From contig JBHIBO010000002.1 of the NCBI GenBank assembly GCA_046759185.1, positions 16,986 through 80,985 of the forward strand: a stretch of DNA of 64,000 bases, written 5' to 3'. The position numbers were made by a program, and so were the translations under genes. Below, piece after piece: positions 27,789 to 37,488 of the stretch; the stretch's first letter is position 1, and each line of letters opens with the position of its first letter. The DNA comes from Thermoplasmata archaeon. Its GTDB lineage: Archaea > Thermoplasmatota > Thermoplasmata > RBG-16-68-12 > JAJISG01. The notes below the pieces were generated by a model. It ran no database searches and was not told where the DNA came from. It saw only the letters and a list, made by a program, of their open reading frames with translations.

Positions 27789-28952
27789 ATGGCAGCGGAG
27801 GTCGCCATCGTCGGTGCGGGGCAGTCGCGTTTCGGCGTCCGTCAGGCGGGGCTGAAGGCCCTCTTCGCGGAGGCCTTCTTCGACTGCCTGGCCAGCGTCG
27901 ACAACGGCGTCGATCGGAGGGACATCCAGGAAGCCTGGGTGGGGAGCATGTCTTACGGGGGCGGCCAGCTCGGCAACCTCTCCGCCCTTATGACCGAGCA
28001 GGTAGGGCTTGCCTACCTCCCCGCCCGGAAGGTCGAGAACGCGTGCGCCTCCAGCTCCTACGCCCTCCGCGACGCCTGCATGGCCGTCCGGAGCGGCCTC
28101 GTGGACCTGGCCCTGGTGGCGGGAGTGGAGAAGATGACGGACCTTCCCGCCGACCGGCGAGGATACTGGCTCGGCGTGAGCGGGGACACCGAGTGGGAGC
28201 GCCTGGCTGGATCCACGTTTGCCGGTCTCTACGCCCTCATGGCGTCGCGGCACATGCATGAGTACGGGACCAAGCGGGAGGCCCTTGCCCGGGTGGCCGT
28301 CAAGAACCACCGCAACGCGAGCCACAACCCCAAGGCTCACTTTCAGAAGGTCATCACAGAGGAGGACGTCCTTCGCGCCCCACTGCTGGCGGATCCCCTC
28401 ACCCTTTATGACTCCTGTCCGATTTCGGACGGGGCCTCGGCGCTTCTCGTCGCGAGCGCGGAGAACGCCAAGCGGTTCACCGATACGCCCATCTACGTTC
28501 AAGCGGCTGCGGCAGCCAGCGATTTCCTGGCCCTCCACGATCGGCCCGAGATCACTCGAGTTGAGGGGACGGTGCGGGCCGGACGGGAGGCCTTCCGTCA
28601 GGCTTCCCTCGCCCCCGAGGACGTGGACCTGGCTGAGCTCCACGATGCGTTTACGATCGGGGAGATCATGGCCCTGGAGGACCTGGGATTCGCCGCGAAG
28701 GGGGACGGAGGAGCCTGGACGCTGGAGGGGCGGACGGACCTGGATGGCGACGTGGCCGTCAACGCGAGCGGCGGTCTGAAGGCCAAGGGCCATCCCCTGG
28801 GTGCCACCGGCGCCGGGCAGGTGGTGGAGGTCTTCCAACAGCTACGCGGCGAGGCCGAACCGAAACGGCAGGTGCCCGACGCGGAGGTCGCCCTGACCCA
28901 CAACGTGGGGGGCTCGGGGGCCACCATCGCGGTCCACGTGTTCTCCCGGTGA
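27789..28952 (+). CDS. Thiolase (SCP2-type/archaeal)
   Basis: ENACASS, KNH, ELHDAF, GHPLGATG, HNVGG. Confidence 0.93.
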   Translation: MAAEVAIVGAGQSRFGVRQAGLKALFAEAFFDCLASVDNGVDRRDIQEAWVGSMSYGGGQLGNLSALMTEQVGLAYLPARKVENACASSSYALRDACMAVRSGLVDLALVAGVEKMTDLPADRRGYWLGVSGDTEWERLAGSTFAGLYALMASRHMHEYGTKREALARVAVKNHRNASHNPKAHFQKVITEEDVLRAPLLADPLTLYDSCPISDGASALLVASAENAKRFTDTPIYVQAAAAASDFLALHDRPEITRVEGTVRAGREAFRQASLAPEDVDLAELHDAFTIGEIMALEDLGFAAKGDGGAWTLEGRTDLDGDVAVNASGGLKAKGHPLGATGAGQVVEVFQQLRGEAEPKRQVPDAEVALTHNVGGSGATIAVHVFSR

Positions 28953-28956
28953 TCCC

Positions 28957-30366
28957 ATGGCCGGCATCGCCTCCTTGGCTTTCCACTTCCCCGTGTACAG
29001 CATCCGAGCCGAGTCATACGCCGAAATGTGGGGGACCTTTCGGGCTCCAGGCATCGCGGAGAAGACGGTGGCGGGGTACGATGAGGACGAGGTGACCCTG
29101 GCGGTGGAGGCCGTGAAGGGGCTCCCCCTCCCGGACGAAGTCGGATACCTGGCGACCGCGACTTTCGGCGGTCCACGCCTCTCCACCACCGTGGCGGTCG
29201 CCCTGGGGTTGGAGGAGGCCCGGAAGGGGGACTTCACCGGGTCGACCAACGCGTCCGGAGAGGCCCTGATGGCCTGCCTGGACTCCGTCCAGACCTCGGG
29301 AAAGCCGGCGATTCTCGTCGCTGCGGATGTCCCACAGGCGGCACCGACCGACCCCATGGAGCATCGCCTGGGGTCTGCCGCGGCGGCCCTCCTTGTCACT
29401 TCCGACGGAGGGCTCCACGTCGAGGAGACAGCCACCCACACCCAGGAGGAGTACGGGGAAGCCTTCGTCGATGCCGACGGTCGACGACGGACCATTGAAG
29501 GCACGGGATTCGCCCATGAGGCAATCCAGACCGGCGCACGTGAGGTGCTCAAGGGGCTTGGGACAGGACGAGTCGCGTCGCATGAGCCGGATGGACGATG
29601 GGCCTACCGTGTCCTGAAGGGCCTCGTGAAACCCAAACAGATTGGCGGCGGCGTCGTTCGTCGTTCGGGGGACACAGGATGTGTCTCCCCGCTCCTTGCT
29701 CTCATGGAGGTCCTCCACAGGGCCCGAAAGGGGAGCCGCCTTGGGCTGGTCACCTACGGCGGGGGATCCACAGTCGCGTTCGCCCTCCGGGTGGCCTCCA
29801 AGCCCGCCGGGATTGCCAGCCCCAGCCAGGCCCTTGCGGTCGATCGATGGTACCTGGACTATCCCACCTACGCCCGCTACCGCCGTTTCCTCACGGGCGG
29901 GGATCCGGCCGGCGAGGTCTCACAAGGAGCCTACGTCTCCCTCCCCACCTATCTCGATTCCGTGGCCGCGCGGTATCGCCTCATGGCCGCTCGGTGCCGT
30001 GGCTGTGATCGCGTGGACTTTCCTCCGCGCCCCGTCTGCCTGGACTGCGGGGGCCACGACTTCGCGCAGGAACCCCTCTCGGGGAAGGGGGAAGTGTACG
30101 CTCGGACCGTCATCGCCCGAGGTAGTTCTCCAACAGAGTTTCACGAGCAACAGGACATCATCGGCTCGTACGCGGTGGCCCTCGTCCAGACGCAGGAGGG
30201 ACCCCGCATCGTCACGCAGTTGACCGACGTGGACCCCGCCACGGTGGAAATCGGGATGCCTGTCAACGCGGTTCTCCGCCGTATCTATCGCCAGGAAGGC
30301 GTCGTACGCTACGGGTACAAGTTCCGTCCCCGCACCCCCCCGCCCGCTGCCATCGAGAGCGCCTAG
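28957..30366 (+). CDS. HMG-CoA synthase-like domain fused to DUF35 Zn-ribbon/OB-fold
   Basis: N-terminal DEDEVTLAVEA, GSAAAALLV, GDTG, TYGGG; C-terminal CRGC..FPPRPVCLDC and OB-fold ending YGYKF. Confidence 0.85.
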   Translation: MAGIASLAFHFPVYSIRAESYAEMWGTFRAPGIAEKTVAGYDEDEVTLAVEAVKGLPLPDEVGYLATATFGGPRLSTTVAVALGLEEARKGDFTGSTNASGEALMACLDSVQTSGKPAILVAADVPQAAPTDPMEHRLGSAAAALLVTSDGGLHVEETATHTQEEYGEAFVDADGRRRTIEGTGFAHEAIQTGAREVLKGLGTGRVASHEPDGRWAYRVLKGLVKPKQIGGGVVRRSGDTGCVSPLLALMEVLHRARKGSRLGLVTYGGGSTVAFALRVASKPAGIASPSQALAVDRWYLDYPTYARYRRFLTGGDPAGEVSQGAYVSLPTYLDSVAARYRLMAARCRGCDRVDFPPRPVCLDCGGHDFAQEPLSGKGEVYARTVIARGSSPTEFHEQQDIIGSYAVALVQTQEGPRIVTQLTDVDPATVEIGMPVNAVLRRIYRQEGVVRYGYKFRPRTPPPAAIESA

Positions 30367-30417
30367 CCGTTCTCGGCCGAGCCTTCGTGGAAACCTAGCC
30401 AGCTTCCAGGTTCACGG

Positions 30418-30642
30418 CTATCCGCCTTCGGGTTGAGGAGCACTCGGCGGCTTCCCGACGTAGCCGAGCAGGGTCACGACGCCGGCAATGATTAAGTACA
30501 ATCCCACCAGGATGCCAACGAGGTCTGGAAGGACGATGATCAGCAGTCCGAAGATGATCATCAGCACAGCGGCGACCTGCAGGGAAACTCCCCTTCGCTG
30601 GAAGAAAGCACGCAACTCGTTTGGAATCAGACCTTCGGCCAA
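30418..30642 (-). CDS. Small membrane protein (DUF3096-like)
   Basis: IIFGLLIIVLPDLVGILVGLYLIIAG helical hairpin. Confidence 0.7.
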   Translation of the reverse strand: MAEGLIPNELRAFFQRRGVSLQVAAVLMIIFGLLIIVLPDLVGILVGLYLIIAGVVTLLGYVGKPPSAPQPEGG

Positions 30643-30742
30643 AGACCTTCCTCAATCCGCCAGATCCGGCCCTGCCGCCATAAGGATTGTGGCTGTATCT
30701 GGCCCCGAACCCAGGGATTCTTCAGAAAACTGTAGGGACAGC

Positions 30743-31387
30743 CTACTCTTCTTTCTTTTTCAAGCTCGAGACGCGCTCCTGGATGATGTGGGCGGCCACT
30801 TCGTTGTGGGTCTTCTTCCCTTGAGCGATCTGCGCCATGAACTGTTCCTTGTCCGCCAAGGCATCTCGCATCTCCTCGATCGACAGGTCGGAACCCGCCT
30901 CAATGATGGCCTCGGTCTCCTCCTCGGCACGGGTCAGGGGCGCCTCGAGCTCGATGGGGAGCCGCTCCACGGGGATCCCGGCCTCCTCCAACAGGACGAG
31001 GCCCATGCGGTCCGGGTAGCCTTCCGCGAAGACCACCCGTCGCACCCCCGCATTGATGATCATCTTGGCGCAGGTGTTGCATGGCACGAGGGTCGTGTAC
31101 AGGACCCCGTCGCGGGCCTCCTTCCCCGCAAAGATGAGGGCGTTCATCTCGGCGTGGACGCCCGTGCAGATCTCCATCCGCTCGCCGGAGGGGATCTTCA
31201 ACTCATCGCGAATGCAGCCGATCTCCTCGCAGTGCGGCATGGCCCGCGGGTTTCCGTTGTACCCCGTACTGACGATGACGTCGTTCTTGACCACGACGGC
31301 GCCAATCATCCGCCGCAGGCACGTGGCCCGTCGCGCAGAGTCGGCCGCCAGGCGGAGATAGTACTCGTCCCGGGGGAGCCGTTCCAT
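30743..31387 (-). CDS. dCMP deaminase family protein
   Basis: RATC.RR.IGA, TGYNG, HAEMNA, PCNTC. Confidence 0.9.
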   Translation of the reverse strand: MERLPRDEYYLRLAADSARRATCLRRMIGAVVVKNDVIVSTGYNGNPRAMPHCEEIGCIRDELKIPSGERMEICTGVHAEMNALIFAGKEARDGVLYTTLVPCNTCAKMIINAGVRRVVFAEGYPDRMGLVLLEEAGIPVERLPIELEAPLTRAEEETEAIIEAGSDLSIEEMRDALADKEQFMAQIAQGKKTHNEVAAHIIQERVSSLKKKEE

Positions 31388-31423
31388 CCTCTGCCACCAT
31401 GTTCCGGGTTGCCTTAAACCCTC

Positions 31424-32389
31424 TCAGGCAGCCCGCTCGACGGGGCGGTAGTAGCGCAATCCGTCCCGCTCGTCGGCTTCCGTCAGGCCCTCCCGTTCCA
31501 GGATCTCCAGGTGACCGAGGACCTCCGTGATGCCCAGAAAGACCTCGTGAATGGGAAGGCTGCCGAAGAGGGCGAGGACGAGGTCGAAGACGGTCCGTTC
31601 CTTCCCGCGGAGCAGATCGAGGATGCGGTCCCTGCGCTCGCCGTAGAGGGCGCGGTAGTTCGCGATGAAGGCGCCGAGGCCGTCCATGGGAGGCCCGTGG
31701 CCCGGATGCACCACGTCGATCTCAAGGTGGCTGAGCCGCTCGAGAGACTCCAGGTAGTCTCCCATGCCGAGGGACTTCCCGTCCGCCCCGCCGAAGGCGG
31801 CGTTCGGGGTGATGTGCTTCAGCACCGTGTCCCCGGTGAATAGGGCTTTGTCCCGAACCAGACAGCTGGAACCGGGCGAGTGCCCGGGCGTGTGCAGGAC
31901 CTCCAAATCCCAGCCACCCGCGGGGATGCGATCGCCGTCTTGAAAGGTACGGGTCACGGGCGTTTCCCGTCCTAGCCCCTTGAGGTAGTCGAAGAAGCCC
32001 CCCACCAGGTTCAGCGTCTCTTCGGGGAACCCGGTAGTCCGCAGGATGTCCCGGTAGTACTCGTTCCGGGTGTCTACGATGGCGATGAACTCTCGGATGA
32101 GATCCCGATCCAGTTCATGGGTCCACACCTCCGCCCCCGAGACGTCCACGATGTCCGCCGCCTGGCCATAGTGGTCCACATGCCCGTGGGTGATCAAGAT
32201 CAAGTCGATGTCCTCGACCCCGAGGCCGTTGGCCCGAAGGCGTCGTTGCAGGTAGTCCCACGCGTCGGGGTGATGCGGGCCTGCATCGACCAGGACGTTT
32301 TCGTCGCCCTGCAGGAGGTACACATTGACGGTGGTCACTGGGAGCTGCGTGGGGACACGGATTCGGACGGGCTCGAAGGGCCTTGCCAT
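31424..32389 (-). CDS. MBL-fold metallo-hydrolase with C-terminal wHTH
   Basis: THGHVDHYG, TPGHS, GD, PGHG. Confidence 0.9.
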   Translation of the reverse strand: MARPFEPVRIRVPTQLPVTTVNVYLLQGDENVLVDAGPHHPDAWDYLQRRLRANGLGVEDIDLILITHGHVDHYGQAADIVDVSGAEVWTHELDRDLIREFIAIVDTRNEYYRDILRTTGFPEETLNLVGGFFDYLKGLGRETPVTRTFQDGDRIPAGGWDLEVLHTPGHSPGSSCLVRDKALFTGDTVLKHITPNAAFGGADGKSLGMGDYLESLERLSHLEIDVVHPGHGPPMDGLGAFIANYRALYGERRDRILDLLRGKERTVFDLVLALFGSLPIHEVFLGITEVLGHLEILEREGLTEADERDGLRYYRPVERAA

Positions 32390-32512
32390 CGCTCCGATTA
32401 GCCCCTGTCCGGCGCATAAACCTTCGCGACTTACCGAGACCGCCCCCTAGGTCGTGGCGGCACGCTTAAGAGCCGCGGGCCGATGATTTGCCCAAAGGCT
32501 GGAGGGAGCCCC

Positions 32513-33763
32513 GTGGCAGAGAAGCTTGTTCACAACTACTTGGTGGAGGAGGGCCTGGCTCCTGGACTTCCCCAGAGGGTCGACTTCTGGGATGAGACGC
32601 TCCGCGACGGGGAGCAGATGCCCGGGCTCCGCTTCACCGTGGAAGAGAAGGTGAAGATCGCCTCCTGGATGGACGAGATCGGCATCCCCATCATGGATGT
32701 GGGCATGCCCGTTGTCTCCGACGAAGAGAAGCGGGCCGTCCGAGCCATCGCGAAGGAGGATCTGGATGCCACTATCATGACGGCGGCCCGGACGGTGAAG
32801 GGGGACATCGATGCCGCCCTCGACGCCGACGCCGATGCCGTGAGCATCTTCGTCGCGTGCAGCGATCTCCACCTGAAGTACAAGCTCCGGATGACCCGCG
32901 AGCAGGTGCTGGCCATCGCTCCGGAGATGGTGGAGTACATCAAGGAGCACGGCCGGAAGGTCGCCTTCGTCACGGAGGACACGGTCCGGGCGGACCTGGG
33001 GTACGTGGAGCAGCTCTACAATGCATCCATCGACGCCGGGGCGGACTGGGCCGTCCTCTGCGACACGGTGGGCGTCCTGACACCCACGACGACCCGCTGG
33101 TGGGTGCGGCGGGTGAAGGAGGTCCTGAAACCGGTGACCCTCAGCGTCCACATCCACAACGACTTCGGCATGGGGGTGGCGAACTCCCTGGCCGCCGTGG
33201 AAGAGGGCGTTGAGGTGCCCCATACGACCATCAACGGGCTCGGGGAGCGGAGCGGGAACACCCCGTTCTCGGAGACCGTCATGGCCCTCGAGTCCCTCTA
33301 CGGGTACGACACGGGCATCAAGACGGAGCGGTTGTACAAGCTATCCCGCCTCGTGGAGGAGCTGTCCGGGGTGCCTGTGGCGGTGAACAAGCCTATCGTC
33401 GGATACAATTCCTTCCGGCACGAGTCCGGCATCCACACCCATGGGGTCCTCATGAACACGTTGACCTACGAGCCCATCCAACCGGAGGTGGTGGGCAACA
33501 AGCGGGTCTTCATCTTTGGTAAGCACACCGGGACGGCCGCCGTGGAGGACCGGCTGAAGGAGGCGGGCGTGGAGGCGTCGGTGGAGGACGTTCGCAGGAT
33601 CGTGGCGGCCATCAAGGACCTCGCAGAGAGCAAGGGGAAGGAGGATCAGACGGCCTTCATCCAGCAGTACCGGGACCGGGAGGAACGCCTGCGGGGGGTC
33701 ACCGAGGTGGAGTTCTGGAGCATCGCGAAGGAGATCGGTCTCCTCCCCGTCGAGGAGACCTAG
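32513..33763 (+). CDS. 2-isopropylmalate/homocitrate synthase family (LeuA/AksA-like, no regulatory domain)
   Basis: DETLRDGEQ, HIHNDFG, GLGERSGN, HESGIH. Confidence 0.9.
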   Translation: MAEKLVHNYLVEEGLAPGLPQRVDFWDETLRDGEQMPGLRFTVEEKVKIASWMDEIGIPIMDVGMPVVSDEEKRAVRAIAKEDLDATIMTAARTVKGDIDAALDADADAVSIFVACSDLHLKYKLRMTREQVLAIAPEMVEYIKEHGRKVAFVTEDTVRADLGYVEQLYNASIDAGADWAVLCDTVGVLTPTTTRWWVRRVKEVLKPVTLSVHIHNDFGMGVANSLAAVEEGVEVPHTTINGLGERSGNTPFSETVMALESLYGYDTGIKTERLYKLSRLVEELSGVPVAVNKPIVGYNSFRHESGIHTHGVLMNTLTYEPIQPEVVGNKRVFIFGKHTGTAAVEDRLKEAGVEASVEDVRRIVAAIKDLAESKGKEDQTAFIQQYRDREERLRGVTEVEFWSIAKEIGLLPVEET

Positions 33764-33805
33764 GAGCCGAGAACGCTTAAGTCGGCCGCGGGCCATGGTT
33801 CCTTC

Positions 33806-35062
33806 ATGGCCGGCATGACCATGGCCCAGAAGGTCCTGGCGAGGGCCAGCGGCCAGGAATCGGTCGAAGCCGGCAAGGAAGTCGACGCCGAGATTGACCT
33901 TCTCTACATGCACGAGATGCTCGCTGTCGCCCTGGAGCCCTTTGGGGCGATGGGGATCGAGCGGGTATGGAATCCCGATCGGATCGTGGTGACCCTAGAT
34001 CACTGGGTTCCCCCGCCCACGGAAGAGATCGCCAAAATGCATCAGGCGATCCGGGAGTTCTGCAGGGCCCAGGGCATCGACCGGTTCCACGACATCGGCG
34101 ACCACGGCATCGTGCATCAGCTGGTTGCCGAGCGCGGGTACGCCCAGCCGTGGGACCTTGTGATTGGCACCGACAGTCACACGAACACAGTGGGGGCGGT
34201 GGGGGCGTTTGCGGCGGGGATCGGGGCCACGGACGCGGCCGCCATCATGGGCACGGGGCGCATCCTGCTACCGGTGCCCGAGACGATTCGCGTGAACATC
34301 GAAGGCACGCTGGGCCGGCGCACGTGGGCCAAGGACGTTATCCTGAAGGTCGTCGGAACCGCGGGGGACGAGGGGGCCCGCGAGAAGGCCATCGAGTTCA
34401 CGGGCCCGACAGTGAAGGCGTTCCCGATGAACGAGCGGCTCACCCTCTCCAACATGACCACGGAGATGGGGGCGACCGCTGGCATGGTGGCCGCCGACGA
34501 CCTGACACAGAAGTATCTGAGCCACGCCGGCCAACCCTTCCGCCCCATCGCCAGCGACGAAGATGCGGTGTATGCGGAGGAGTACACGATCGACGTAGAC
34601 GGCATGGGGCCGCAAGTGGCGGTGCCCGAGAAACCGAGCAACGTGAAGTCCGTCGAGGAGGTCAGCGGGACAAAGGTGGACGTGGCCTTCCTGGGCTCCT
34701 GCACGAATGCTCGCATCGAGGACCTCCGTGCGGCCGCGGAGATCATGCGCGGGGAACGGCTCGCACCCGGCATGCGCATGATTGTCTCCCCTGCCTCGCA
34801 GCAGATTCACCGCCAGTCGGTGAACGAGGGCCTCGCCCAGGTCTTCATGGAGGCCGGGGCGACCTTTGCCAACAGCACCTGCGGCCCCTGCTTTGGCGGT
34901 CACCTGGGCGTTCTCGCGCCTGATGAGGTCTGCATCAGTAGCAGCAACCGGAACTACGCCGGCCGGATGGGAAGCCGCGAGGCCAAGGTCTACCTCGCGT
35001 CCCCGATGACCGTGGCAGCCACCACCCTCCACGGCGAAATCACGGATCCCCGCGAGGTATAG
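33806..35062 (+). CDS. leuC: 3-isopropylmalate dehydratase/homoaconitase large subunit
   Basis: DHW, GIVHQ, DSHT, GSCTN, CGPCFG, NRNYAGR. Confidence 0.9.
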   Translation: MAGMTMAQKVLARASGQESVEAGKEVDAEIDLLYMHEMLAVALEPFGAMGIERVWNPDRIVVTLDHWVPPPTEEIAKMHQAIREFCRAQGIDRFHDIGDHGIVHQLVAERGYAQPWDLVIGTDSHTNTVGAVGAFAAGIGATDAAAIMGTGRILLPVPETIRVNIEGTLGRRTWAKDVILKVVGTAGDEGAREKAIEFTGPTVKAFPMNERLTLSNMTTEMGATAGMVAADDLTQKYLSHAGQPFRPIASDEDAVYAEEYTIDVDGMGPQVAVPEKPSNVKSVEEVSGTKVDVAFLGSCTNARIEDLRAAAEIMRGERLAPGMRMIVSPASQQIHRQSVNEGLAQVFMEAGATFANSTCGPCFGGHLGVLAPDEVCISSSNRNYAGRMGSREAKVYLASPMTVAATTLHGEITDPREV

Positions 35063-35064
35063 TC

Positions 35065-35574
35065 GTGGAGACCCGGCTCAAGGGACGCGTCTGGAAGTTT
35101 GGTGACAATATCACCACGGACCATATCATCGCCGTGAAGTACCTCGGCACGACCGACCCCCAGGTCTTCGCCGATCACGCCATGGAGACCGTGGACCCCG
35201 ACTTCCCGAACAAGGCCAAGCTGGGGGACATGATCGTGGCCGGGCGGAATTTCGGCAGCGGCTCGAGCCGGGAGCAGGCCCCCCTCGCGCTAAAGAGTCT
35301 GGGCATCGCCGCCATCCTCGCGGAGTCCTTCGCCCGCATCTTCTACCGGAACAGCATCAACATCGGACTGCCCGCCGTCGAATGCCACGGCGTTTCCGAC
35401 GCGGTGGAGGAGGGGGAGGTCCTCGAACTCGATCTCGGGCGTGGCGTCGTTCGCGCACCCTCAGGACAGGAGAAGGCAATCTCACCCTTCCCTCCGCGTG
35501 TCCTTGAGATTCTCACGGCCGGAGGCCTTATCCCCAAGCTGAAGCAAGAGGCTGCCGAGAAGGGGAATCCCTAA
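35065..35574 (+). CDS. leuD: 3-isopropylmalate dehydratase/homoaconitase small subunit
   Basis: GDNITTD, NFGSGSSREQA, FARIFYRN. Confidence 0.9.
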   Translation: METRLKGRVWKFGDNITTDHIIAVKYLGTTDPQVFADHAMETVDPDFPNKAKLGDMIVAGRNFGSGSSREQAPLALKSLGIAAILAESFARIFYRNSINIGLPAVECHGVSDAVEEGEVLELDLGRGVVRAPSGQEKAISPFPPRVLEILTAGGLIPKLKQEAAEKGNP

Positions 35575-35687
35575 CGAACCGTAGCAGTACGTCTGGGATT
35601 GTGCGGTGACCTCCGCTTCCAGGAGCACGACGTCTCCACCTCTCACCTCCGAGACGCTTAAGTAGCGAGGTCCGGGTCCATCCGCAG

Positions 35688-36818
35688 ATGGCCTACAAGG
35701 TGGTGGTCCTCGCCGGGGACGGCATCGGTCCCGAGGTCATCCGCGAGGCTATTAAGGTCCTCAGGGCGGTGGAGGACGCCTACGGCCTGGAGTTCGAGCT
35801 TGTCCCGTACCCTGTCGGGGGCAAGCACTACCTGGAGACGGGGGAGGAGTGGCCCGACGGGGCGTTTGAATCGAGTCGGTCCGCCGACGCCATATTGCTG
35901 GGGGCCGTGGGCTACCCTGGTGCTGTCCTCCCGGACGGAAACCTCGCCGGTGTGGGGGTCGTCTTCGGCCTCCGGTTCGGCCTGGATCTTTACGCGAATG
36001 TGCGCCCCGCCAAGCTCTACCCCAATGTGAAGCACAAGGTACACGACCGCTTCCGCAAGGTGTGGGACGCGGAGAAGGTCGATTTCGTCATCGTGCGTGA
36101 GAACACCGAGGGCCTCTATCCCCCCATCCGGGGCGTGTTGGAGCGGGGCGGGACGCAGGAGCTGGCCATCGACAACCGTGTAACCACCCGCAAGGGAGCC
36201 GAGCGGGTGATCCGCTTCGCCTTTGAGCAGAGCGTGAAACGGCAGGGGGCGCCCGGAGACAGGAAGCGCCGGGTCACCTGCGTCGACAAGAGCAACGTGA
36301 TGGACGGAGACCGCCTCTTCCGTCGCATCTATGACGAGGTGGCGGAGGAGTACCCCGACGTGGAGCGGGACTACGCCTTCGTGGACGCCTTCATGCAGTG
36401 GATGATCCGAACGCCAGAGGCCTACGACGTCGCCGTCATGAGCAACATGTTCGGGGACATCGCCACGGACCTGGCCTCCGTCCTTCAGGGGGGCATGGGC
36501 CTCGCCGCCGGAGGGAACGTGGGGGATCACCATGGGATGTTCGAGCCTATCCACGGCAGCGCCCCGAAGCACGAAGGCAGGGACCGGGCCAACCCCACCG
36601 CTGCCGTCCTTGCGGTGCAGATGATGCTTCAGTGGCTGGGCGAAAGCAAGAGGGACGCGACCCTGAGCCAGGCCGCCAAGACCGTGGAGGCGGCGGTGGA
36701 AGCGGTGCTCCAGGAAGGCAGGTACATGACCCGGGACCTGGGAGGCAAGGCCAAGGGCAGCCAGGTCGGGGACGCCCTGGCAAAGCGGGTCACCTCTCTG
36801 GTCTCGTCGCAAGGATAA
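35688..36818 (+). CDS. leuB: 3-isopropylmalate/isocitrate dehydrogenase family
   Basis: GDGIGPEV, RENTEGLY, DKSNV, NMFGDIATD, FEPIHGSAP, ANP. Confidence 0.88.
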   Translation: MAYKVVVLAGDGIGPEVIREAIKVLRAVEDAYGLEFELVPYPVGGKHYLETGEEWPDGAFESSRSADAILLGAVGYPGAVLPDGNLAGVGVVFGLRFGLDLYANVRPAKLYPNVKHKVHDRFRKVWDAEKVDFVIVRENTEGLYPPIRGVLERGGTQELAIDNRVTTRKGAERVIRFAFEQSVKRQGAPGDRKRRVTCVDKSNVMDGDRLFRRIYDEVAEEYPDVERDYAFVDAFMQWMIRTPEAYDVAVMSNMFGDIATDLASVLQGGMGLAAGGNVGDHHGMFEPIHGSAPKHEGRDRANPTAAVLAVQMMLQWLGESKRDATLSQAAKTVEAAVEAVLQEGRYMTRDLGGKAKGSQVGDALAKRVTSLVSSQG

Positions 36819-37488
36819 GTTCCGCGGCCCGCCGGAGATCGGGGGCCGTGAGATCGGGATCGGGTACCCCCTCCCCAAGGGGTCCCGCATGCCGATCGAT
36901 CCATCCCGCCATCATGCCCGTCCGCTTTGCCCCCAGGACGTCGTCCGCCGAGTCCCCTAGGTGCAGGGCCTCCGGAGGTTGGTAGCCCGATCTCCGAAGC
37001 GCTTCGTGAAAGATTCCCACTCGAGGTTTGTAGGTCCGGGCCCCCTCTGAAGTCACGATCACCGCGAACCGGGACCCCAGCCGGGAGCGACGGAGGAGGG
37101 CCTCCAACATGTCCTCATCGATGTTCGAAACGATGCCTAGGTCAAACTCTTCCAAGGCGCCAAGGGCCTCCGACGCTTCCGGATAGGGATCCGTCTCCGA
37201 CCACACCTTCAAGAGCCGTGTGGTGTGTGGCGCCGCGTCGTCCTCGACCCCCCACTCGAGGAAGAGGGACGCGAGGCCCATCCGCGTGGCATCCCGCACG
37301 GTCACGAAGTCTTCGAACGCGATTTCGTGGCTTCGGTCCCACCAGATCTGGGCCAGGTCCTTCGGCGTCAAGCGGAGGTCGTTGCGTTTGACGACGGTCC
37401 CCATCACGTCGAGATCCGCGACACCCTCCGATTGGAAGAGGGTCCCGAAGGCATCAAAGGTGATCAGACGAGGACGCACCAAGGTCAA
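36790..37488 (-). CDS. HAD-family hydrolase (haloacid dehalogenase-like)
   Basis: TFDAFGTL, SN, YKP, GDS..D; TTG start overlapping the upstream stop. Confidence 0.85.
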   Translation of the reverse strand: MTLVRPRLITFDAFGTLFQSEGVADLDVMGTVVKRNDLRLTPKDLAQIWWDRSHEIAFEDFVTVRDATRMGLASLFLEWGVEDDAAPHTTRLLKVWSETDPYPEASEALGALEEFDLGIVSNIDEDMLEALLRRSRLGSRFAVIVTSEGARTYKPRVGIFHEALRRSGYQPPEALHLGDSADDVLGAKRTGMMAGWIDRHAGPLGEGVPDPDLTAPDLRRAAELILATRPER

